A DNA stretch of 64,000 nucleotides from Tubiluchus corallicola (lineage: Eukaryota > Animalia > Priapulida). Made by a program: the position numbers and the translations under genes. The notes below the pieces were generated by a model, which was given only the letters and a program-made list of their open reading frames with translations, was not told the origin of the DNA and did no database searches. Of the stretch, positions 1-64,000 are shown piece by piece (position 1 is the first letter of the stretch; each line of letters opens with the position of its first letter). The stretch is from positions 682,001 through 746,000 of the forward strand of contig JAQGDQ010000052.1 in the NCBI GenBank assembly GCA_030141605.1, read 5' to 3'.

Positions 1-608
1 ACTTTCATATAAAGTGCATATTTTGTAACACACCACAAGCAGTTACTGCTTCCACTTTTACATAAGCGCTGTATCATAAATAAGTGTAGTCATTACATAA
101 ATGCTGTGCCTCATAAGCAGTTGTGCAGCCTGCTGTGCTGCTTAACGATAAGTACATTGGTACTAGATAACAGTGCTACTATTATATAGTGTACTAAATA
201 TTACCTGCACTAGATAATAAGAAACTGTTTTAATAATAGAGCACGTATGTACTTGAAATGCTAAATTATTCAAATCTATAATTTTAGGTTCGAATTCGAT
301 TCGAACGTTTGATACTCAACCCCTAATGTACAAACAAGTATTTGTATGTTTCTCGTCAAATATAATCGACAATAGAGATATGTGGGCTGAACTAACAGCC
401 TAGAACATCGTAATGTCATGATATGTTCCTGGTAATAATATAGCATTATTATTAGTTAATTTGATAAACATTGTCAGTTTATCTGATAATCTGTCAAAAG
501 GCGACTTGTTGCAAATATTTAAACAGTATTTTTTTTAGTTTTTTTCTAACTAAGTTTTATTACAATTTGCTTATGTTACTTAAATTATTAATGAATATTA
601 TGTTGCAG

Positions 609-50815
<50,207 letters not shown>

Positions 50816-51302
50816 CACTAGCGTAATGTTATGTGTATTATAACCAGCAGAAGCTCTGTGAGAACGTCTTACTCTAAAATGTGATTGTTATCATAAGTGA
50901 AACATTCTACATAGTGTTTGTTTATCACACTTTTTCCCATCAGTGATTGTAGCCCACTGATAAATATAGGTTAATTACATAACTACTGTAGTGAAATAAG
51001 CAGTAGGTTACAAAATATAATTATTGATGTCATCAAAACAGTTCGGTGTTCAGTTTTCTTACCACACTTCTCCAAAATAGAACATAGAACATAGACCTTA
51101 GTCACTGTAGTAGCAAGCAGAAATAAGCCCTATTTTCTGCTCATTGTTTTACTGTTGCCCCAAACCAAAAAGTGAACCTTCAGTAGGCCCACACTAGACT
51201 GAGACATTTTGTTTGGTGTATCAGTTGCCAAAAATGTTGAAGAAACTGGAGCTATTATATCTACATATACAGGTGTCTGTATATAAATATTGTATTATTT
51301 AT

Positions 51303-52256
51303 ACAGGTGTCTCTGAAGTAACTATACACTTTACGCTTTGCATATTTTTTAACAAACAAATTAATTTGTTTGGAAATAGGTACAGATGAACTAAAACTTT
51401 GACTTTTGTCAAATTAGGCAAAAATGTCTGAAATGGAAAAGAACTACTGCACTAGCAGGCTTCTGCAAAAGACTAAATTGCTAATTTTTCAAACTTTTGG
51501 GCTGATAGAGTTTTGTGAACAAATTACTAGAATATTACTTTGCATTCCAGCAAAATGCTACGTTAAGCGAAACGTCGTTAAACGGACCAAAACTTCCATA
51601 GAAAGTAATGAAAAGAAGTGAGATACGTTCCAGAGGCAAAAATTAATGTTGCTTCAATTATATAAATTAAATGCTTTATGAGCTTCTTTATGGTTTCTAC
51701 TAATTCATTTCTTTCTTCCTGCTTAAAAGATGTCAAATGTTCAACGTTGTTAAAACGAAACGCTGCTAAACGGGGAGTCATTAAGTGAGGACTTACTTTA
51801 GTCATATTTTTTCCCCGAAAATTTAAGCTATCGAACAAACAGCTTTACAACTTAAACAAAACCAGTATCTGCCCCATTCGTGCATAGAAAAAAATAGACA
51901 ATCATTTGTTTCAAGCTCGGATGATCGTGATTGGTCGATTCGCATATCAAAGCCAACAATGTTAGGTAGAATATGCATACTAGTTTAAGTATAGAGAGTA
52001 CAGGAAAGATATACAGCAAAGTATCTCAACTAAATTATCCAAAGTTGAATTATGGGCTGAATGTTAGAATGCTACCAAAAGTACAGGTACTGCTACACAT
52101 GTCGTTGCCATAGCAATGGGGTTACAGTCAAAAAAGTAAATAAAAAGATTTGCCAACTGTTTCTTTTCATTCGTGGAAGAGCTTGCTGAGAATGGATGAA
52201 AATTTAAAAAAATGGAAATCAAAGTGTTTAGTATGTAGTGAACTTTTGAGACCCTA
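51303..52256. mobile_element. probable Tc1/mariner-like MITE downstream of the NBAS stop
   Basis: caggtgtctctgaagtaactatac versus gtatgtagtgaacttttgagaccc, an imperfect TIR pair. Confidence 0.45.
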
Positions 52257-52452
52257 AATATAAATTTTTTTGCTGGTACATTACTGTATGTATCATTATG
52301 TGTATCATAAGAGATTAAATGTTTATTTTGTTGAGAAAATGTTACTGAAGTTTTTATAACAGTGTTTGAAAGTGTGAAAAAATATTTGACAGAGTTTTAT
52401 GTAAATATATTCTTTTGTCTAAATTCTGTAAGGCATATGTCACCTTTTTTGT

Positions 52453-52746
52453 AATAAGCCTTTTCACAGTTTCACTGTGCACATGTGCAGTTGCTGTAGT
52501 TCAAAGGTTAAGCCTACTGCAGTAGCACATCTTCACTACAGTCGTCACGTGACATGTGGGTAACTCAAAGCATTAGTTTGTATATTCAGTTGTTTTACAT
52601 GGACTTCACTAGCATGATCTTGCTTGGAAAGAAGAAAAAATGTACTAGGTAAGGTTCCAGCTAGCTGTGAGAAACTGTTGCCTGGTATACTTAACCTTTG
52701 ACCTTTTAACGATCACGATCAATCGTGGAAGTGTGAAAAGGCTTAT
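52453..52746. mobile_element. MITE family C copy 2
   Basis: TIR ataagccttttcaca / tgtgaaaaggcttat. Confidence 0.75.
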
Positions 52747-53436
52747 AGTGGTGTTACAGGCATTTAAAAGTAGAAAGGAAGATTATAAAATTAACATGTT
52801 CAGCTATTTTACTATTTTTGTAATTTAAATTCAGAGCAATGCTGACTGTTGCGTAAATCTTGTCATGATACTACGATATAGGCAATTTGGTAGAACAAAC
52901 TAACAACTTGTTATAACTTTTTATTGTATAGAATTTATGGCTTTGGTCATGTGCTAAATACTGGTCAAGTTTCTGCACAAGTTTTGTATGAAAACAACTA
53001 CTTGATAATGTGTGTGCAAGCAGCAGCAAGATTGGTGGCAGTTATACATGTTTCTTTTGCACTAGATGTATTACTTCGAATCAAGCTTTTTTCTTGAGCT
53101 ACACAGAAAAATGTTATGCGACTTTGTAGCCATCATGTTAATTATTGTTATAAAAAATTAATACTCATTCAGATTGGAATTTGTTTGTCTTTGTTTCTCG
53201 TTAATTTTGAGTTCAAAATTATCATAATTTTTTTTTGCTGACAGACGTGCAAATACGTACCATTTCTGAATGACAAACACGTATTGACAAGTTACATAGT
53301 CTATAGATTGGGAATGCAATTGAAGGAAATCTAGGCCACCCCTTCTGGGAAGATGTGCTTATTTCAATGTTAGCGAAAAATATTAGAAGGGTTTTGTACT
53401 AAAAGTAATAAAAGTGAGACTTTATATATATATTAT

Positions 53437-53751
53437 ATTATAGAAAAATAAACAATTTACAAATGATTGACAGTCACAAAAACGCTTCAAATGTATGTAC
53501 ACACTAAAGCATAAGGAAAACACAAAACCTATACAAGTAGTCCCCAAGTCAGTTTTATTAAGCAATTATTGTTTAAAATTTACTTCAAATAGAAGGAAAC
53601 GACCTGACCTATTATATGTATATTGTATATATACCTCACACAGTAACATTACGACTACCTGTATAGGTTTTGTGCTTTCCCTATGCTTTTTGTGTGTACA
53701 TACATTCGAAGCGTTTTTGTGACTGACAATCATTTGTAATTTTTCTATAAT
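53437..53751. mobile_element. foldback MITE with about 105-bp arms
   Basis: ttacaaatgattgacagtcacaaaaacgcttc... is mirrored by ...gaagcgtttttgtgactgacaatcatttgtaa. Confidence 0.85.
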
Positions 53752-53932
53752 TGTGCCATTTATCCTACTAATAAAAGTAACTCTCTATGTACAGCTGCTT
53801 TTCCAGGTTGAGTATGATTTTTTTTCTTTTTGTAAAGATTCAAGCTTAACCGATAGTGTATACATTCTTTTGTAGAATCTAATGCACAATGGCCAACAGT
53901 TAATAAGTAGTAACCTTACTAGCAAGCCTAAC

Positions 53933-53938
53933 TATAAA
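53933..53938 (+). promoter_or_regulatory. candidate TATA box of the Ly6-like gene
   Basis: TATAAA about 145 bp upstream of the ATG; AT-rich context makes this weak. Confidence 0.3.
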
Positions 53939-54080
53939 TGTCGCTTACTTGCGACGACAGTCAATAAAAACAATGGCACATGTTGAATACTTCATGATGA
54001 GAACCGGACAACATGTCATCTTATAATGATCATTATTCATAGTAAGTCTAATAGCTGAACACTCATTTACACAGGAGAAT

Positions 54081-56684
<2,604 letters not shown>

Positions 56685-56944
56685 CAAATAAAATATCTTA
56701 CGCAACATTTAAAGTTTGAGATTTTAATTTGTTTGGATTTTAAGTAAAACTTTATTAAAAATTTGCCATTGCTTGGATCTCGAGAGCAAATTAATTGCAA
56801 AAACAACAAAAAAAACAAGGTATGGTTAATGATGAAGGCATTCGTCATTTCCTGTGTCATTATTAGTCATTATTGCCTGGTTAGTTGACGCACGGGAGTG
56901 ACAGTATCATAAGGAAACATGTACAATCTTTCACGATTACCCTG

Positions 56945-57412
56945 TGAGTGGGTAATCTGAAAACTGTCATGAATGAATGATCTGAAAATTGTCTTGAGTA
57001 AGTTATCTGAAAACTGTCATGAGTGAATGATCTGAAAACTGTCATGAGTGAGTGATATGAAAACTGTCGTAAGTGAATGATCTAAAAACTGTCATAAGTG
57101 AATGATCTAAAAACTGTCTCGAGCGAGTGATCTGAAAACTGTCATAAGTGAATGATCTAAAAACTGTCATGAGCGAGTGATATGAAAACTGTCGTAAGTG
57201 AATGATCTGAAAACTGTCATAAGTGAATGATCTAAAAACTGTTATGAGTGAATAGACTGAAAACTGTCACGAGTGAATGATCTGAAAACTGTTATGAGTG
57301 AATAGACTGAAAACTGTCATGAATGAGTGATCTGAAAACTGTTATGAGTGAATAGACTGAAAACTGTCATGAATGAGTGATCTGAAAACTGTCATAAGTG
57401 AGTTATCTGAAA
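56945..57412. repeat. 25-bp minisatellite (gagtgaatgatctgaaaactgtcat), about 19 copies
   Basis: Direct inspection. Confidence 0.94.
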
Positions 57413-57994
57413 CGTTTTCAGTATTGCAAACTGTGTAGTGGAAGTTTTCGTCTGACCCATGACTCAAAATGGGATTCCTTACATAATTACAAAAGGCTTT
57501 GCAAAAATAAAATCGATTTGTTCAAAATATGCAATGCTTCTATTCTAGAAGAGCTATTACTTGAAACATGGAAACTAGCCAAAGTCGTTTCAAGCCCGAA
57601 AACTACCATTTGTTTGGTATAGAGTTTATCACTTTTTTGTTTGGTGTCTGATACCTATTTATTTGATGGTATTTCTTATAATCTGCGATATTTTTTCTAT
57701 GATTGTAATATTACTCAAGTAGAGAATAATATTAAACCTACGCAACGTGTTGGTCAGTAGATGTAGGTTTTCTTTGCTGTAACATCCGACCATATTGACC
57801 GTAATGTTACTATTTTTGCTGTAGTACAAACCAAACTCCAGTATTCAAAAACAATACCTCATTCGTCAGGGGATTATGACAGGACCGGAACCTACTCATT
57901 GTCAAGTTAATCCGCTGGGATGAGGCGCTGAATCGGCAAAGCCTCTCGTTTGGATTCGTACATATTCTCCTTCAACAGGGTAAAACGCCAATAC

Positions 57995-58660
57995 AATTCA
58001 AAATTCAATCCAAATTTATTTATTCATAAATTTGAAAGCCAGAACCAGCGTGACAACGTCATACATAAATATGATTTTGATGATTAATACTCAAATTCCA
58101 GCAATTTCCGGTAAATTTTTAAAACAGTTCTCCAAGCAGCCATGCTGGTTTCTTGCTGATCAATTGAAATGTTAATCTCCTCGAGTTTTAGACAGATGTT
58201 ACGAGGTAATTATTGGGATTATCAGCTTCCCACAAAACATTTTATAGCAAGATTGAGGATTACACTACGTTCCCAAACTAAATTTAGGCACAGGAGGTGT
58301 AGTTGTCTTACCTCCACTGAGAGCGAACAACGAAGAGCACTGGCACAAAAGTGCCCCCTGTAGGAGAGATCTGTTATTAATGAAGTAAATCTGTTCGTCT
58401 GCTTTTCCCAAGTAATTCCGCGCAATAAGAAATTGCCGAAATAATGGTAAAGCCGGTAAGATGTGAGAGAATGAGCCCAGCGTGTTTGTTTCCGTCTCTT
58501 GTTATCCTAGTTCGTTATGAGCTTTGATTATAATGCACCGAATAGGTATATCTAGATAGGTAATGTGGTGGCTCCATCCAATGTTCTCTGAACATTTCTC
58601 AATCATTGATGTATTTTTATGGAGAAAGCTGAAATTAAGTCTTGTAACAAATTACAATGG
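57995..58660 (-). mobile_element. heavily degraded CR1-like LINE 3' remnant
   Basis: Minus-strand scraps (HKNTSMIEK..VQR, RGH); aataaa plus (TTGAA)-like tail. Confidence 0.45.
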
Positions 58661-58999
58661 TAATAATAATGAAAGTAATTAATAAGCATATTTAAACTTT
58701 ATCTTACTATAACCTTCAGTCTGTGCTCGCGTTACGACAACCGTTGCAAAATTAAATTCCTATGCACATTCTGGCTGGCTGATGTTCAGGATTGAAAAGG
58801 ATGATTTCACATAATTTTTATTATTTCGCAAGTAGACATTTGTTGGCAAAAAAAGGTGACGTAGGTACCAAGTGTACTTTAATCATGTCAGAATGCAACT
58901 ATTTTATCTCAGCAGTTATAACTGCTGCCAGTTAGTTATAATAATAACTACCGACTTTTTGCTTTTTCACTATCTTGGTTGACCGTATTATTCTAGCCA

Positions 59000-59560
59000 T
59001 CACCCGTTCATTCACATTAACTATCCTGTTTTTATATAAATACATCAACAATATTAACACGCCCTTCATCAAAAATAAGCTTCCACTCCTCTTGGAGCCA
59101 ACATTAAATCCAAGAACATACAATATTAAACAAATACGCACTAATAACAAATACCTTAACAATTCTATCACTAAACAAGGAGTTCAACTTTGGAATACCC
59201 TGCCATCAAATTTAAAACAAATCAAGTCTTTCAACGAATTCAAATCAAAATTAAAAATACATACATTAAATCGTTTTGAAAACCCAACATACGTAAACGA
59301 TAATATATATTCATCCACAAACTTTGCTTACCCACGTCCATTTTAAATTACATGTATATATTGTATATAGTCTATTATAATTTCCGTGTAATATTATAAT
59401 GTATATTTTGTTTTAAATTTTTGGCACAGTAGTTTTTAGTTTGCGCTGGACGCATTTGCCTTTAACCAGTTGTGTGAATTTTATTCTCATGCTGCGATGT
59501 TCTTTTATGCTTTTATAGTTATGAATATCGATTTTTTATGGCAAATAAAGATTATTATAT
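59000..59560 (+). mobile_element. L2/Crack-like LINE 3' remnant
   Basis: ORF 58975: SITKQGVQLWNTLPSNLKQIKSFNEFKSKLK; ends aataaagattattat. Confidence 0.72.
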
Positions 59561-61334
59561 ATTATATATAAGCTAAAGTTATCGACTGACAAACAGTTAT
59601 GTTTGGATGCCGTGTAGCTTATATTCCGCGCACACCTTTCGTGTTGAGGATCCACCCTACGTGTTGAGGATCCACAGCGGGAGAGCCAAGGGCGTACGCG
59701 TTCAAAGCGCGATAACTCCTGAGATTAAGGTGCAAATCTCAAGTTGACCAACCCCTTGATCCGCTATATCGTAGATTAAAGTGAAAATATTTACAAACAG
59801 TTTTGTAAATCTACGTTACTGTCTCTTGGTAATTGCAGTTTGGGTGTTTTGATTTTTTTGTAGCTACTGTATGAACGGGCAAAGCAAGGATATGAGGACG
59901 TAGGACAACTTCAAAGCTCTTTCAGAAAATCACATTTTTTAACATATTTAGATGTTTAATGATAGTTAACCAACCTTCTTGAACGCATTCTTTAAATTTT
60001 ATGGACGAATGATGTCTTTTTGTTAATTTCTATTCATTGTATAAATTTCTAATGCACATGTAAATTTGTATACGGCTATTGTTTATGGCGAATGCATTTT
60101 TGTTAAACTTTTGCAACGTTTCTATGTGTGCTGAGATAAAACCAAAACGATACATAATTAAAATGTGCAAAATTTGACAATATTCGACCAACAATGCTAA
60201 TAATTTTAATAATAAATTTATTGTTGTAAAACATGTAGCCTTTTGCTTTCTGAAGAGGAGAAAAAAGAGGACGAGAAAGAACACTTGGTAATTTGTAGAA
60301 CTGTTGACTGGAATTAAAAAAACACGAAACCAACGAAATTGCTTGCTCAATTTTCTTGCAAGACGAGCTTTAGAAGTATTGCTTATCCAAAATGAAGAGC
60401 ATTACAGTAGGCCTACTATTAATAACAGCGGTTTTAGTAGCTGGTGTCGCGTAAATAAAACAATTTTATGTTATTTATACATGAGAGATTGGCACCAGAA
60501 ATGCTTCTTTTGGGGAATTTAGCTCCCGATAGAGACCACTTGTGGTGTAGAATATGTTTTCAACGGGAGCTGACCTCACATGGTGTAACTCATGGGTAAC
60601 TAACATATCTTCGTAACGCTTTGGTTCACTAAATCTCACGCGTTGAACTGGGTGGGTTTGATCGCAGTGGGTGAGGAATTTTCGGATTAGCTTCATGCGG
60701 TCCGGATAATCCGACTTGGCTTACAGGCAGTTACATGGAAAGGTTTAATTCTACGGCAGTAGCGCATATTCAATCTAAAATAATTGCAAGCGTCATGTGG
60801 GGTAGCCGCCCCATTTTCGTCTCTCGTACTGCCCAGTAAATTTACCACTGTTCAGTGAGGTTATCAATAATCTCTGACCATTAGCTGTGCGCAGAAGATC
60901 AGGCTAAGAGAATTAGGAGTAAAATCCCGAATTTGCCAACCTCTTAATCTGATAAACCGCTTGTTGTGTTGAAACATGGTGTAAGTATTAAGCCTTATGT
61001 TTGTACACAGTTTAACGTATTTTACTTGGACGTCATTGCTATTAGTTGGGCTACCAGTTACTTTTCCTAAATGGCTATTAATCAAATCCAGTACTTACAA
61101 ATGTTTGTCCTTGCGCGTACGTGAGAAAATTAGTCTAGTAAGATTTTGAGAAAGTAATTTTAAATATATCGTAAGTGCATGCAACATAACTAAGTGCGAC
61201 ATTCTATAATTTTAACATGTTATAACTTTTTAACGGCCAGTGAAATTTTCTTACTTCTGCTTACATTCTTGTAGTTTAAGGCTAGCGTTATTGCGCTTTA
61301 CAAATTATTATATTTTCTGTTAAAATTATTAAAA

Positions 61335-61900
<566 letters not shown>

Positions 61901-62559
61901 ATTAAGCAGATTAAGCCAGAGATTAAAGCCATATTTCGACCGTTTGTGTAAGTGTCACTGCGTCATCTCGAGTACTATCTATTCCAAATTCATTAATAAC
62001 ATCGTACTGCTCTGTATACAGTGTTTGTTACTATAAATGTGCTGTTATTTGCAGGTTTGTAAATTGAAGACTGGTTCTTATAAGATTATTTGCTATAAAT
62101 AGATAAAGAATATTGAAAGAAACGTTTTTGTTAATAAATAAATCAGTGTTCTGTTTGCCGCCGGCTGTCTACTGTACTACCTCTCAGTAAGTTCTACCTG
62201 ACGTGACGTCATAGCATTGAGTGTCATGGCGCGTGGTGATATTTGCTGTAGGACCAACGGCGCGCAAATTAAGTAGCGCATAAAAGTACGAATCAGAACT
62301 GTTTTAAAAGTTAAGAAATACGTTATTCCGCCTACGCTATAAAAGAAAATAACATAAAAAATAGTGTCATAGGACATTTAAAACCCATAAAACGAACTGT
62401 TTGGGCTTCGTAAAACAAGGTAATTGACCAATCACAATCAATTGCTTTCGCCTGTATTTCACGAGATTTGTCTTCAACAACATGCTCTCTGCAGTTAACT
62501 AATATGCAGTGTATGCAAAATAAACAATACTTACTGATAATAATCATATAGACCCTATT

Positions 62560-62947
62560 CAGTTATTAACAACGGTTGTCAAGCAACAATGGCATAAGGA
62601 TGTACCATTGGTGCATTTCAGATGCGTGTAGATTTAGCTCTTCCACGTTTTATTCACAAACGACGCAAGTTTGATTAAAAATCTTTTTGCCAGAATTGTG
62701 CAATCTAGCAGTGCGCTGGTGGCAAATATTGCTGATGCTAAAGATTCTGATGTGCTGCACACTTCGATTTTGTTTTTGTGGACGTTATTCTTATTTGGTG
62801 TGGGTAACTTTTAATATTTTTGTTATTGCTTGTAATTAGTAGAGCTAGTATTTTGTGCGCCTGTGTATGTGTAGTAGCTTGTTTTACTGTATTATAATTA
62901 TGGTAATTTTAATGCTGAAATTAAAGGTAAATTGAACTGAATTGAAT
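62560..62947 (+). mobile_element. degraded LINE 3' remnant
   Basis: FQMRVDLALPRF..RRK / LIKNLFARIVQSSSALV...SD...W resembles LINE ORF2 ends; (TTGAA)-like tail. Confidence 0.4.
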
Positions 62948-64000
62948 CATTACTAAAATATTATAGGCTTCGACAATATGCAACCTGCGTTAAGATAATA
63001 AACTGTGCCCATCAGCTCTCTTCAAAAATCATTGACCGAATCTGTTTACGGTGTTTGCAATCTCTCATTATATCAAATTTGTTAATTGTTAGCTAATTAA
63101 CGTTACGCGTACGTGTAAGCAGACCAATAAAATGACACGGATAAGTCAGTTCTTCATAACGTGAACTGTGACTGCTGCGTCAAAATGACACGAAAGTGAA
63201 TAGCATTGCGCCTAATGGCGTCATATCATATACCATCTTTGTTAAACTTCGCAGGATGCATCCATAATTGGCGACATAACTGTACAATGTTGTCGCAGTT
63301 GACATACCATTAGAGGGAAAAGAACAAAAGAGGCACCGTATCATTAAGTAGAGACTTGGCGCCATGGAGGTGTCATCAGCTTGCAGTCAGAATTTGTCTC
63401 CCGTGAATTGCGGTCTTGGTTAGTGATTAACTTGGTACTTGTTTCTCATACTACATATGTAAGATTTAGTACGTATTATACGGCCTAAAAATTTTGTACT
63501 ATATAAAGATAAAAGTTTTAGAGTTTTACGACTTCAGTGTACAACGAAACATATGAATTTACTGCACCAACATACGAGCAATAATACAGAAAAAAACATA
63601 CAACATGCGTGACATATCATTAGCAAACATTTTAAGTTTCTTTAGTTAAGAATCATGCCGTTTCTCTAATTAAGTATATATAGGTTAAACGTCATAATGT
63701 GTTGTTAAGCTTGTACTTATAATTATAAATTGATACAATAAGCACTTAAGCGGGTTGTTACAAAAATCGTATTTTTAATTCTATACTAAAATTGTGATTT
63801 TTTGGCAGTGTAAGCTTTTTAAGAAACAGTTCGCTTTCTCCTTGAATCTATAACCACCGTTACATATTGAGTGACATTAGTAGTACAATTTTCCCACTTT
63901 TGTGACGCATTTATAATACGCATGGAACGCGCATTAATTACTTTTAACGTTTTTGAATGACAACTTTTCGAAATATTACACAACAAGTAAAATATTATTT

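Overview
AT-rich eukaryotic genomic DNA, most likely an invertebrate animal; the taxon cannot be fixed from sequence alone. Bases 609-50815 (+) hold a 5'-truncated NBAS gene (neuroblastoma-amplified sequence, Sec39-like subunit of the NRZ tether). I traced 44 coding exons by hand; they join in frame (6505 nt, about 2167 aa), and two of the introns are GC-AG. Downstream (54081-56684, +) is a 3-exon, 125-aa Ly6/uPAR three-finger gene with a signal peptide and a likely GPI-anchor tail. Introns and intergenic DNA are packed with non-autonomous DNA transposons, LINE remnants (RTE, CR1/L2, RTE-X-like), tRNA-derived SINEs, minisatellites and long compound microsatellites. The most unusual items are a rearranged (permuted) 18S rRNA fragment, a degenerate hammerhead ribozyme fold, a bipartite RTE derivative with a 19-bp target-site duplication, small inverted-repeat elements carrying TTAGGG-like repeats, and an expanded 11-residue repeat in NBAS. 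I found no convincing wholly new multi-gene system. All homology calls come from recalled family features, not database searches.
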